Of a stretch of 64,000 nt of DNA, positions 10,962-24,299 are shown one piece after another; positions within the stretch are counted from its first letter, which is position 1; the number at the start of each line of letters is the position of its first letter. The DNA comes from Callorhinchus milii (lineage: Eukaryota). The notes beneath the pieces are model-generated. The model was not told the DNA's origin, did no database searches, and saw nothing but the letters and a program-made list of their open reading frames with translations. A program made the position numbers and the translations under genes. The stretch spans positions 110,548,001 through 110,612,000 of the forward strand of contig NW_024704742.1 in NCBI RefSeq assembly GCF_018977255.1, in the 5' to 3' direction.

Positions 10962-13900
10962 CTCTACATGGAGGGAGAGATTTCAACAAAATTGTCTCCT
11001 TTTTTGGGTTCAGATGACATATTTGTCATTCACAGTTTGTGACATCTGAAATTCATACTCAACAATTATTATCAATTTAGCTTCATTCACAAATGTATTT
11101 AGCTGATTTTACATTCTGTTTTCAGTTTTCATTAGAAAATCATCCTGTACCAGTCAAGTATTTTGCACATTATTACTAAAGCAGACGTTAGTGATATCCC
11201 AAAGCTTAGGGTAGGTTCCAATATAATAGAAATCAGGAGCCAGGGACTAATAATCTCATAACACAGGTAGTATTATAACTGACATCCATATAATGATAAT
11301 GAGGTGCACACACTAAATAAATTCACTCTTATCCATTCTGTTTTCACCTCCCATTGAGAGAGCGATATAGTCCAATATTATATTCATTGAACTTTAAAGC
11401 AAATGTTTCTCTCTACCTTTTAAGTTACCTTATGGTAGGATCAATACCTTTCAAATACAATTACCAGTATTCTACTTCCTGTTGTTAGTATCTCAGAATC
11501 TTGTGATCAACTGATTAACCAACAGAGTTAATATTTAAGTAAAGGATTTTTCACCTAGGCTATCCTAGAAATGCTACATCAATTAAAGGTTTTATAAATG
11601 TAAGTAATTTTTTTCCTAAAAACATTTGTTGGAACAAGTAGTCAAAATTTGATAAGATCAGTTTTCTATTACAAATGTTAAAATGGATCGAGAGATGAAA
11701 TAGTCACCAAATGTTGTTGCCTTGGTTAATTCCTAGCCAAAAAAAATTCACTTTTGTGCACATAAGGAAGTGACATTGATGTCGCAGCCAACATTGTGAT
11801 GTATTCCGTTTTGACATCTACATATTGGGTGTTTACCGTGTGAAGGTTTGAAATTCTGATCCGAGGAAGGATATTGATTAAGAGGGAACAGAGGTGAGTA
11901 AGCAAGAATGAATGATTCCAGTAAAAAACTTGAATCATGAGCAATAAGAGAGCTGGCCTTGTTCTTTGTGAAAAAGAAGTGGCTGTGAGGTGATCCCATA
12001 CAATATTTGAGCATATTAACAATGTTGATCCAGGCAAATTATTCAGTATGGTAAAGGTATTAAATACTGGGGGCACAAGTTCAGCATTAAGAATTTAAGA
12101 ATAAGAAGGGAAGTTAAGCAAAACCTTTTTACACAAAGGGTAATAGATGTCACTGTAGATGTTACTAATGTCCATTCAATCAGACAGTACAAATGAATTC
12201 AAGGTAACTCTGTAGGAAGGGATGTGTGAATATGCTTAGAAGACTGAGAAGAAGACTAAGCAAAAACTTGTGTGATTTAAAAGACTTGTGTGATTTAAAG
12301 GCCCTTTCGTGTCCAACAAAAACCTATTTGAGACGTACCTCTTCAGCTATGCCTACGGTCACCTCTCCCTTCCCCTTCTTCATTTTATCTGTCTGTTGTA
12401 TCAACAGGTGAAGTGGCATCAATGCACTCTCATATTTTAAACAGCTTGTTCTATGCCCCAGTGCAACTTGATAGGCCAAATGGCCTCCTTCTGTGCTGTA
12501 AATTTCTATGATTTATGATTCTAAGGTTTTAACCATAATAGGAATGTACCAAATTGAGAAGGACAAATATAATCAGTCAGTCCTGCCAGAGCTATTTTGT
12601 AAACACCATTGTTATTGTTCTCTGTTTTTTATACCATTCTCCCTAATTGTTTCTGTCACCACTTTCAAATCATTTATCCACGCTGTGAAGAGAGGCCCTC
12701 ACACTCACTACCTCTTTCCATCCAGGAAAAGTTGAACTTTGTGAAGCAATTTTGCGAGGGGTATTGAGGGTTAATTTCCATTTTGTATTAACAATTTATG
12801 TGTAAGCTTTGGTGTGCAAACACAGACAGATGCCCTTAATTCTGTAATTGACCAATCTGAAGGATTCTAGAATCACCTTGCTAAAATGTACATACTCTAA
12901 TCTAATCAGTCAGACAAGCTTGATACTTTGTTTTATAATGACAAACCAGCTCATGGCTCTTTTGTGTCAGTCAATTCCCCCTTTGTCTCTGTATAGGATG
13001 TATAGGATGATTTAAAAGGTCTAAAGTCTACACTTTACACTAATGTAAAAACCAGAGACCAAAGCCTGTCCCGTGCTTAGCACCGCCCAACTGAAACTAC
13101 TCAACGATGTAAGTGTAAGTGGGACATTAGATTGGACAAAAACAAATCTCGTTGCTCTTCACTGTTGGAGGTTTGATAAAGAATAATAGGAATTTATTTT
13201 CATTGCACTGACTACAGAATATTAAGGAGTCAAACCAATAAATAGAAACCAAGATATATGATTTTCTCCAATAACAGAGCCACTGACGAAATGGCCTCAC
13301 TGACTAAAAAGACAATGAGCTTCCCTGCTACAAGGCAAAATGAAGTAAAGTTGCCATCTAGTTACAAGCTAAACCAAGATAAATCATTGGCCATATTGTT
13401 GTATTGCCAATGTAGACAATGTTGGTTGAGAAGCTGAGTTGATTATGTATTTAGAATCAAATCACTGTTTCATACATAGCTAACAGGAATAATATTTTTT
13501 GTTAAAAAAATCAATAATCGTATCTTAAATGACTGAAAAATCAATTATGAGTGATCCTCCATTCCTTCCTTTTGCCTAAAATGCATAGAATTTGATATAT
13601 TATGCAAAGACTAACATTTTGTTTAAAAAACACACCTGAATATATTAGCTTCCAATTGCACTAATCAGTTTTATGAATAAGATTTCTGAACATCAACAAT
13701 GCATTTGCAATAACCAGTTGGGTAATGATAAACTCTTTTTTGCTGTGGATTCAAGAATTCATGGTTTCTGTTCTATAACATCAGAAAATGATCAGACCAA
13801 GTATGTTTAAGGGTCAAATTATATGGGGTTTAATCTTTCAAATGATCAGCTACTGAAATTGTCTTCACATACTGTAGCCTTGAGGCTCCGTTAAAACGAG

Positions 13901-14684
13901 CTAGTTAAAAGGAAGGAAGCTCCTAATAATGGTATTGGATTTGGTTCAACCGCAGCAATTTTTTTTCTTGTTTTCTTTACGTCACCTTTTCTGTCTCATG
14001 AAAAATATTTTTTTGGCTGAACACTTCTTCCTCAAACCACAAATTGCAAAATGTTATTTCAGGCAACGTGGAAGCAATTTTGCATTTATCTTATCCGTTA
14101 CCATTACTGTTCGTATTTAGGTATTCTGGGCTCAAGTCTAGAAATTGCAACCATATTGTCAGAAAGAAATGGTTAGCTACAAGCTGAAGTTGTAAGGAAA
14201 CGACAGATGCACAAATCTATTTCACAACAAAAGCAATCCAAGGGATCAAACTGAAATCACAAACTGGTACTGCACCCTCCATTCGGTCCAACTTACCTCA
14301 CGTCCTTCTGATTTCTTGCAGAATTAAATGTCAGCAGCAATCTGATTTATTTTTTTTAAGTTCAAAGACATGCTTACTGTTTAAGCTCAAACAAGCACTT
14401 GTGCTTTTGTAGGAAAAACAGAGAAGAATGAATTGCATTTCTCTTACAATGAAATGACAAATGAGCATTACATAAAATGTTAGTTTCAATTTGGGTTTAA
14501 CTTCAGGTCACATGAACGTTTAAAGTTCAGAATCGTGATTTGGCTCTTTGGTCCAATCCAAGATAATTTATACATATCCAATTCTTTCACAAATTGTTTG
14601 CTGTACTCATATTGAACAGTTTCACATACAGAGTAGTCTGCTATCCAGCACTCCAATTGGTGTATGCTCATGGGACTAATTGAA

Positions 14685-14880
14685 GCAACAAATTGTATTT
14701 ATGACCGCACCCTTCTCACGGGAGAGTGTCTCGGAGAGCTGCACAGTGCAGCGGGAGTTGAAGTGTCCATAGGCACAGTCAAAGACGTAAGTCTTAAGGT
14801 GAAAGTTAAAGATAAATAAAGAGGGCATGAGGTGGAGGGATTGAATCAGGGAGTTCCAGAGGATAGGGGTAAATGGTTCA
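14685..14880 (-). mobile_element. Old L2 3' end
   Basis: ORF 14676-14915 has LWNSL...HLKTYVFDCAYG; ttgttg-type tail. Confidence 0.7.
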
Positions 14881-14984
14881 AAAATAAGCAATAATTTCGA
14901 GATACACAGATTCATCAGAAACCATCTGTGAATCTACAAGATTTTATCTAGACTAAGCTGAATAGCATCTCCCTTTAATAATAT

Positions 14985-15375
14985 TAATAATAATCCTTGC
15001 ATTTAATATAGCACCTTATTAAAATGCCTCAAAGTAATTCACAGGATTTATTGAAATGTGTAGTGAATGCGCAATTGTCAGTTGAACGTGGCAGCCAATT
15101 TGAGCAGAGCAATGTCCAACAAAGAGTCGTGAAGTGAGTGAACAATTTAACCTAGTGTTCTGTTGGCCAGAACACTAGGTAAAACTTGCTTCTCCTTTCA
15201 AATAATGCCATATGATCTTTAACAGGCAGACAGGACCAAGATTCAATGAGAACAGTACTTCTGATACTGCCCTATTGAAGTATCGGCCTAAACCATGAGC
15301 TCACAGTCCCAATTGAAGGGGGTGGTGAGGGAAGGAGGCCTTGAACCTACAACTTTCTGACTCAGAAGTGAGAAG
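14985..15375 (-). mobile_element. Deu-domain SINE
   Basis: taataatccttgcatt tail at left, ttgaacctacaactttctgactcaga (B box) at right. Confidence 0.7.
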
Positions 15376-17027
15376 GGCTATATAATAATAATAATAATAA
15401 TAATCTCTGCATTTGATATAGGACGTTATCTCATTGTCAAGACATTTCAAAGTGTTCCACAGGATTTTACTGAAGTGAAGTGTGGGGACGGTATATTTGT
15501 AAGCACCCACGGTGACCAATTTGCACACAGCAATGTCCCACATATCTCTGTGAAGTGAATGACCAATTTGTTACCAACTGCCCAGGCTTATACTTTTACC
15601 TGGGAATGGGATGGGGAAGGTCATAGGAAACACAATAAGCTGAAGCGTTTTTTTAATGGGATGATCTGAACTTACTGCTTCAATACATTTTACCAGATCA
15701 CAAGACAGGTTTAGATGAAGAAGGCCCTTCAGCCTATTTGTTCAAATTCTTGCAGAATACTCACTTTACTGCCCTGGTTTACAGCATCAAGCTGTTTCTT
15801 AAATGAGTCCAGTGTAATGAGTCCTGGTAACCTGTTACAGTCATTAATTAGTCTGAGTGCAAATAAATGTTTCTTGGCATCTGTCTTGGCAAGTCAACAT
15901 TCAGACCACCTGCAGTCTACAGCTCACACCACGATAACTGTAATTGGTGCAAAGTCAACTTTTCAAGGTTTTTTTTAAACTGAAAGTTTCCAATGTTAGG
16001 GAAAAGTCATTATTTTAAGCATTCAAATGCCAGTGAGTGGGACTGTGTGTACCTGTGTGTCTGTGTCTGTTGCACTTAAGTAAGGCATATGCATAGCCCT
16101 CCCCTCCCCTTGAGAACATAGTGTGAAAGCATTAATATGGCTTGGGCATTGTCTGCTCTTACTGCTCTAGAAATTGGAATTGGTATCGAATGAGTTCTGC
16201 AGTATATTTGTAGCATGAAGCACTCAGGCAAGAAGACTGATAGACTGCTGAACTAATATTGGACTGAAGAGATAGAAATCTGACAATAACAATTCTAGGT
16301 TTAATATACCTGTGGGGTAGATATTCTGGAAGGATCACATTAAATGAATTGAAGGGAACCTTGCTTGTGATCTTGGGATTCTGCCTCTACTTCAGGAATG
16401 CTGTGTATCCATCTTTTTTCAGATTCTTCATTTCAACACTTGTTCATCAAGCCATCACCTGAACAAATGCTGATGTCTTAACTCACCTACAATCTTTAAC
16501 TTAGCCCATTGATTTGGTGAATGGGGGAGAATAGAAGAGGAATACTCTCCGCTAGTCAATGAATAGGATAGTAAAAATAGAAGGGGCCTGAAATAAAATG
16601 TTTCAGTTTTAGTCAGGGACAGATTGAAAAGATACTGTTATCAATGAAATTCATTTACTATGAGAGCTTTGAGTGACAATTTGTATTGACAATTCCTAGC
16701 TTGAAACATTTAGAGTAAAACTGGAAGACTTAAAATGCCAGAAGCCCCCAATTCCATCTAGTCCTAGCTGGTAAAATCAAATTATCTTAATATTTAAGAA
16801 CACAAAGAATTGTATAAAAAAATTTAAATTCAATCTTAATTTGGAAACCAAATTCTTTTTAAGAATTGCTGAAAACTGGCATCCAAATTGGGTCTGAGTT
16901 TAAGAATTTGACAAAATTGTGGATGGAATTTTAGACTGCAGACTTTTAAGAATTGGACTTGGATAGAAATGCAAACCAGAGCCACGTTTTGGGTACCCGT
17001 GAATATTATGTTACTCCCTGCTGAGCT

Positions 17028-17100
17028 TCATTACCTTCAATCCAGATCTGATGATAATCTATAATCATTACCTTCGTCAGATCTGATGATAATCTATAAT
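17028..17100. repeat. Tandem duplication (37 bp and 35 bp units)
   Basis: tcattaccttc..cagatctgatgataatctataa occurs twice. Confidence 0.9.
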
Positions 17101-17414
17101 TATGGTTTGTGTGAGTTCGAATTATTTTAAAAGATTGTTTGTTCCTGGAAATACAATGCTTGTTTATTTTTACACTGTTTTGTTTACTTTACAATTGGAA
17201 GTTAGATAGAAGAGGCTTGTTATTGAAAATTTAAAATCCTTTTGTTTTTACTCTTCTTCATTTCTTGAACTATTTCAGAGAGATGAAAGATAAACAAATA
17301 GGCAGATATCTTGCTCCCAAGCTTTTGTAAATGTTACCCTGTACATAGCCATTGGGGAGAATCTAAAGAGCAGTTCTGTATGATTTATAACAACATAAGA
17401 CCTTTTAAGATGTC

Positions 17415-17838
17415 AACCTGGCTCAGTTGGTAGTACTCTCACTTCTGAATCACAAGATTGTACATTCAAGCCCCAGTAGTAATCCAGACTGACACTCGCA
17501 ATAGCTGTTGGAGGTGTGCTACATTGTCAGAGGTGCCATCCTTCTGATGAGACATTAAACTAAGATCCCATCTGTCTGTTCAAGTGGATGATAAAGATCC
17601 ATGACATTATCCAATGCTAGAAAGAAGTTTCCTCCTGGGGTCCTGGCTAACAATCTTCCAAGTAAAATTATACATTCACTTCATGGCTGTATGTGGGACA
17701 TCTTTATGAGCAAAATTGCCTGCCATGTTATGCTTACAAAATATACAGTCACTGCACTTTACAGTAAATTCTGCAAAGTGCTTTGAGTTGTTTGATAACA
17801 TAATAAGGTGCTATATCAAATGCAAGGATTATTATTGT
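17415..17838 (+). mobile_element. Near full-length Deu-domain SINE
   Basis: tggctcagttgg head, gaggtgccatccttctgatgagacattaaac, caaatgcaaggattattatt tail. Confidence 0.85.
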
Positions 17839-20381
17839 TATAGAAAGAGGAAATGGCCATTTAGCTAACAAGACCATTATTTTTGATAAACCGTTTCCTC
17901 CCTCACAACTCACCATCTCAGCCTACCCCTCAATCCTTTATTGCTCTAGAAACACAACACAATTTTCCACTTGCACCTATGTATGCAACCCTTTCAAAGG
18001 CCCTTAGTGCTAACTTAGTCTACAAACTTGTTTTTAAACTCCAATGGATGAAAAAGTTCCATTCATCATTCTTTTCTACTCCTAACTTTCCAATGGTATT
18101 TGAACCCTTCACCCAAGTGCACAATTTGCTTGAATCAACATGATCAAATTGCCTCCATAGTCTTGAAAATGTCAATTAAGTTACATCAAAGTCTCCTCAT
18201 TTCTAAAGAAAACACCACCAACTTTCTTAATCCTTCCTGAAAACTAAACTTCCTATTTCCTGGAATAATTTTTGTTGCTCATTATTTTAAGAGTGATAAT
18301 GAGGACATAAATAAGAAACTTCAAATTTTTCCTCATGTCATAAAATGTCTCAAAATGCCTTTATAGTAATTACTGTCGAATATAGTGATCTTTCTTTTAT
18401 AAGAAAAGTGACAGCCTTTTTGTGCTCCCACAATCAGCCATGAGTTGAATGACTGATTAACTTGACGGCAGGCAGTTGAACAGCTAATCTGGAGGTCGGC
18501 ACCTCTGACAGTGCAGCACTGTTCCAGTACTGCACTGGGGCGGCCGCATAGAGTGAAATTTTTTTACTTGAACTCAAAGTTGCAAAGAGGGATTCCTGCC
18601 AAATATCAGAAGCCTTTGTGTTGATCTGTTATCAATAGGACATTCCAAGATTATGGGAATCAATGATTCCAGGAACCACATGTTCATCAAGCATAAGACA
18701 CATTTTCATCCAAGCACATGTCACAATGGCAGGAACTTGTATCTGAATTTATAAAACTTTTTTATAGCGTCAGTGCATTGTCAGCCACCTGATGACCCAG
18801 AAGTCGGCCACTTTTTATGCACAGGAAGGTGGTTGGTCCACACCAGAAGCTGGAAGCATACACAACCCCGATATTAATAGTAAAAGCAATTTTCATTCTC
18901 TAGCGAGGCACTTAGTTAAGAGTTGTCAACTGAAGGATTGTTGGTCACAAAGTCAGAGGAAAACTTTCTTGTTTTACTCAAATAGTGTCACAGGATTTTA
19001 ACGTCCAGCTGATCAAGTAGAAAATGTAACAATGAAAATGCTGCTTATTCTATACACTGGAATTTGGTTTTCTTGGTGACCATTGAGTTTGTGGCTTCTC
19101 CAGTATTTATAATACCTTCACACAAAAAATAACCTTTAGCTGTGGCATACAGAGCACCACAAGACTTTAAAAGTAGACAAATAAGAAAGGCATACAGTAA
19201 GCTGCCACTGAAAGTCTGTTTCCATATCCCATAGTTAAGTCTGACAAGCTTCTGTTCTTTCAATCACACCCTAAGCTGATGTGAAAATTACATGATGAAA
19301 TTTTCTCAGTCCACAGAAAAGCTTGTTGACTATTGTTCCCATCCTTTGCAATACTGTAGTTCAGGTGCATGTTGCTTTTGAAAAGGTCTGAATTAGTGTC
19401 AATTTCTCTGGATGGTCAAATGATAAGAACTTGAATCTAGAGCATTCGGAGCTTGTTATTTCCAACCAGCGGAAGGAGTAAAAATAAAACTCCTGAGACG
19501 TATTATCTGTAGAATCTTCTAAAACCTACAAGTGCTTGACAGGCCATGTAATGATGGCTGTGATGCAGAAGCTGACTGAATTTGGGGCCGCCAATTTTTG
19601 CACAATGTTGGGAGGCGCATTCCCTTTAGAGGTAAAAACTGCTTTCCAAAACGCAGGAGTGAGCTGATTTGTGTTGGCTGCACCACACAATGTCTCCAAA
19701 TTTGTATTAAGATGAGAGCTGACTGTCTGAATTAGATGTGGGCGTAATGGTAAGATGAATCTGCATTTATTTTCCATGCACACTGTGTGAGTAGGAAAGC
19801 TGAAGGAATTCTGTGACTTTGAACAAGCTGTGTGTTAGCCACTGCTGGGGGATAGTAACACTCACTGGCTGTTACTGACGCCTGCTGTGAATTGAATTTT
19901 ACGCCTCTGCAATGCCTTTAAGCCATTTTTCTTGTCAGAAGATGTGTAATTTCTCACAATCCCCAAGTATTTCTTCAAGACCTGTGTACTGATGTTCTGC
20001 TTTAGTTCTTACACAGGCAGCCACCAGTACAAGGGAACAAAATATCTGCCATGCACATAAAGAAACAAAACTTTTCTAGCTTTACGTTACATGAGGGTCA
20101 AATACACTGTAAAGTTAAAGACTCACTTCTGACCTTGAAAGTGTTTGAGTAATTTCCACACTTAGGAAAATGGATGGCCAGATATGTGGGGCATTGGTAA
20201 TTTTATTGTCCACAAAATACCAGACTGATTATTTGGAAGAACACTTTGAGCAGTGTTTACACTATGCTGTGTATTAAAATATAAATTTCACATAACAACA
20301 ATGAAACCAGAAACTAATATCAGTAATTGTATCATTTATTCAGGGCGGGTTTATACTTAGGCCATATATATATAAATTGGA

Positions 20382-20852
20382 CAATAACAACTTCTGTTTA
20401 TATAGCGACCTCCACGCCAGGCATCGTCTCAGAGCGCTTAACAATGGCGAAGCCCGAGGCTGGGCTAGGGGGAGTGGGAAGGTGACCATAGGCGGGGTCA
20501 AAGAGGAAGGTCTTCAGGCACGACCTGAAGATGGGGAAGGAGGAGCGAGGAGAAGGGGTTGAGGGAGGGAGTTCCACTGCTTCGGGGCATAGTGGCTGAA
20601 GGCACGGCCACTGATGGTGGAGTGGAGGATTCGGGGGACAAGGAGGAGGCCGGACCCAGTAGAGCGGAGGCAGTGGATACTGCTGTGGGGAGAGAGGAGG
20701 TTAGAGAGATAGGGGGGTGCCAAGGAATGGAGGGATTTAAACACTAGAGTGAGGATCTTGAAGTCGATCCGCTCTGTGACAGGGAGCCAGTGGAGTTTGG
20801 CAAGGACTGGAGCAATCAGGGAGCGGAGTTTGGTGCAGGTGAGAATGTGGGT
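20382..20852 (-). mobile_element. Older L2 (subfamily B), 3' part; continues at 24460-24711
   Basis: HILTCTKLRSLIAPVLAKLHWLPVTERIDFKILTLVFKSLH..., then 3' UTR and tail. Confidence 0.9.
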
Positions 20853-20984
20853 GAGACATGGAGCGGCGCCAGGACAGCGCGGGGAGGAGCTGGGCCTACC
20901 TCTCAGGTATTTAACCTCGACGCGGGAGTGAGTACAGCCAGTGTGCGGGGTGCGCAGCGTGTGGGGCTGAGGAGGGAACGGGTG

Positions 20985-21013
20985 GGGGCGGAGCGGGGGA
21001 ACCGCTGACGTCA
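20985..21013 (+). promoter_or_regulatory. Candidate internal promoter motifs in the L2 leader: GC box and CRE
   Basis: ggggcggag at 20985-20993 and tgacgtca at 21006-21013, inside a CpG-rich stretch. Confidence 0.4.
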
Positions 21014-21024
21014 TAGTGGTAGTT

Positions 21025-21342
21025 ATAAATAAATCCTTGCATTTGATATAGCGCTTTTCACGTCGGGAGGACGTCCCAAAGCGCTTCACAGAATATACTG
21101 TAAAGTGAATTGACTGTATATTTGTGGGCGAACGCGGCAGCCAATTGCGCACAGCAATGTCCCACAAACAGTCGTAGATTGAAAATGACCAATTTATTAT
21201 TGTTTTTGGTTTTGGAGGGATTATTATTAGGCTCTGTGTGGAGTAAGGAAACTTGCCCAAGGTTTCGCCCTCTGCCTGGAATTGAACTCAGGTCTCTCGC
21301 TTGCAAAGCGAGTGCTCTAACCACTGAGCTACAGGACTCCAC
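21025..21342 (-). mobile_element. Young tRNA-Ala-headed SINE (short subfamily) inserted in the L2 leader
   Basis: gtggagtcctgtagctcagtggttagagcactcgctttgcaagc head; TAGTT at 21020-21024 and 21343-21347. Confidence 0.92.
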
Positions 21343-21653
21343 TAGTTTTCAGCAGTGTGCGCGCGCAACAACAACAACAACAACAAAAAAAAATCCTCTG
21401 CGCCCCCCCCCCCCAGGGCTCAGAGCCCACCATGGTCCTGTTAGGTTGGCAGCCCCAGCCCATGGGATAATGTGTACATCCACCTGACCGCTCGCTCCCG
21501 GTCCCCGCGTGCGCAATATGGCTACCGCTATGACCCTCACCCCCTCACCCCCTCCCTCCCTCCTCCCTCCTCTCTACCCCCAAACCCTCCCCCTTTTGCA
21601 TCTCTCCCACTCTCTCCTCCTTTCTCTCCGTCCCTCTCGCCTTCTATCCCCAC

Positions 21654-24285
21654 TTGACCCTCCCACAACCTCCCTCTGTTCCAGCCTGGGAATCCTCCGC
21701 TGGGCTCACCGTGGCACTCGGTGTTGACTGTCCAGCAGCAGCCACACCGACTGCCCCATTCCCCACCACACTCAACAGCGACCCCGGACACAGACCCGGG
21801 GAGCCAACCTCTCCTCCCTTACCCCCATTCCCCCCACCCCTGCCTCACAACCGGGACCTCCCTCCCTCCCCACACACCCTTCTGTCAACCGCTCCATCCA
21901 CATCGGACTACAAAATGTCCGCTCCCTCTGTAACAAGGCCCTGGTCATCAACGATCTCATCCTTCCCCCTCACGGAGGCCACACCACCCGGCTACACCTC
22001 CCACCACATCCCTCGCCCCAACCGCCATGGCGGTGGTGTTGCCCTTATCTCAAGGACACCACTTGCCCTATCCCCCTACTCCTCTGGCTCTTTCCCCTCT
22101 TTTGAGCACCTCACCCTCTCCCACCCTTCCTTCCTCTCATTTAAAATCCTCCTCCTCTACCGGCCCCCTAAAGCCTCTCCCACCTTCATCTCTGATATCT
22201 CAACACTTCTCACATCTCTCTACCTCTGCTCTGATCGCCTTATCATCCTGGGCGACTTTAACCTGCACTTCACCCCCTCCTGCTCCATCTCCTCAGATTT
22301 CTCTTCCCTGCTCTCCTCGCTCAACCTCTCCCTCCACATCAACTCCCCCACTCACAGTCACGGCCACCCACTTGACTTGGTGATCACCCGGGGCCTCAGT
22401 GTCTCGGATGTCACCATCACCGATAAGGCCATCTCTGACCACCACTTCATTTCCTTCACCACATCCACCCCCCTCCCCACCTCCACCAGACCCACCACCA
22501 TCTTCTACCGCCCCTGGAAGAAGTTACCCCCTCAATCCCTAACCGCTGCCTTGGAGTCCTCTGAACTCCTCTCCCTCTGGCCTTCAACCCTCACCTTCCC
22601 CTCTTCTGCTCTCACCCTCCTCCACAACACCCTCTCCTCCACACTTGACACTCTTGCCCCTATCACCTCCCGTACTGTCTCCTACTCTCGCTCCTCCCCC
22701 GGTTCACCACCCACCTCCGCTCACTGAAGAGCCAGGTGCGGGCCGCTGAACGCACCTGGGTCAAATCTGGCCTAACGGTCCACCGACAAATCTGGCTGGA
22801 CCTCCTCAAAATCTACCGCTCCACTCTAGCCTCGGCCAAATCGTCCTTCTACTCCAGGATAATCCTGGAGGCGAAGGACAACCCCAGGCTACTGTTCTCT
22901 ACCACATCCCAACTCCTCCGTCCCCCCCGCCACCCTGCGCAGGTCATCTCCTCCAACCTTCACTGCGAGGAGATGCTGGATTTCCTTGAATCCAAGATCA
23001 AGGGAATCCGCTCCGCGGTCACTTCCCCTCCAACATCCACCCACCACCCACCCCTTCCCTCCCACACTCCGACTCCTACCCATCCTCCCCTACACACCTT
23101 CGTACCCGTTTCCCCATCCTCTGTCACCAAACTCATCCTATCCCTGAAACCTACCACCTGCTCCCTTGACCCCATCCCCACTCCACTCCTTATCTCCCAG
23201 CTCCACCTCCTTGCCCCACATATCACAGACATCGTCAACCTGTCCCTCTCCTCTGGCTCTATTCCCATTCCCTTAAAAACTGCCACCATCACTCCCACCT
23301 TAAAAAAACCCTCCCTTGATGCGTCGCAGCTATCAAGCTACCGGCCCATCTCCAACCTCCCCTTCCTATCCAAGGTCCTGGAACCAGTTGTCACCTCCCA
23401 GCTGCGCTCTTTCCTCTCCAACCATTCACTATTCGAACCCCTTCAATTGGGTTTCCGTGCTGCCCATAGCACAGAAACTGCCCTGGTCAAGGTCACCAAT
23501 GACACTCTGACCATCTGTGACCAGGGCTCTCTCTGCCTCCTCGTCCTCCTCGACCTATCGGCAGCATTCGATACGGTCGACCGTGCTATCCTCCTCCACC
23601 GCTTGTCCTCCCACCTAAACCTTCAAGGCCCTGTCCTTGAATGGTTTAGGTCATACCTCTCCCATCGTCTTCACTTTGTCTCCACAAATGTTTTTTCCTC
23701 CGGCCCCCGCACTGTCTCGTGCGGTGTCCCTCAAGGCTCTGTCCTCGGTCCCCTCCTCTTCACCCTCTATATGCTCCCCCTGGTGACATCATCCGCAGAC
23801 ATGGGGTTAACTTCCACATGTATGCGGATGACACCCAACTCTACCTTTCCTCCTCTATCCTCAACTCCACGACCACCGATGTCCTGACAGCCTGCCTGTC
23901 CGACATCGAGTCCTGGAAGAGAGATAACTTTCTTCAGCTCAACGTGCGCAAAACTGAGGCCCTCCTGATTGGCTCACGTCAGCGCCTCCGCACCTCAGGC
24001 GCTGACAGCATCAGCATCCAAGGCTGCACTCTCCACCTCTCAAAGCCAATCAGGAACCTTGGGGTTCTGTTCGACCCTGAGCTGTCCTTTCTCCCCCATA
24101 TCCGCACCACAACTGGCACCGCCTTCCATCACCTCCAGAATGTCGCCAGACTACGGCACTACCTCACCCCTCACGCTGCTGAAACTCTGGTCCACGCCTT
24201 TATCACCTCAAGGCTGGACTATGGGAACTCTCTCCTCGCCGGCCTTCCCGGCACCTCCCTCCACAAGCTGCAGGTCATTCATTAA
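21654..24285 (+). pseudogene. Disrupted L2 ORF2 (apurinic-like endonuclease + reverse transcriptase)
   Basis: [76 protein letters not shown]; spread over three frameshifted ORFs. Confidence 0.93.
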
Positions 24286-24299
24286 CCCTAACCCTAACC
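24283..24299. repeat. Short interstitial telomere-type repeat (TAACCC)x2.8
   Basis: taaccctaaccctaacc at the L2 deletion junction. Confidence 0.8.

Noticed and set aside
14290..14350. Strong minus-strand donor GAG|GTAAGT (similar ones near 29455, 50445 and 53440)
   Set aside because: No matching acceptor with a recognisable coding frame; expected by chance
17028..17100. CTGATGA twice as hammerhead or C/D-box snoRNA
   Set aside because: No stem II or GAAA and no terminal stem; explained by tandem duplication
20514..21260. 248-aa minus-strand ORF
   Set aside because: Chance fusion of SINE, antisense L2 leader and old L2 ORF2 C-terminus
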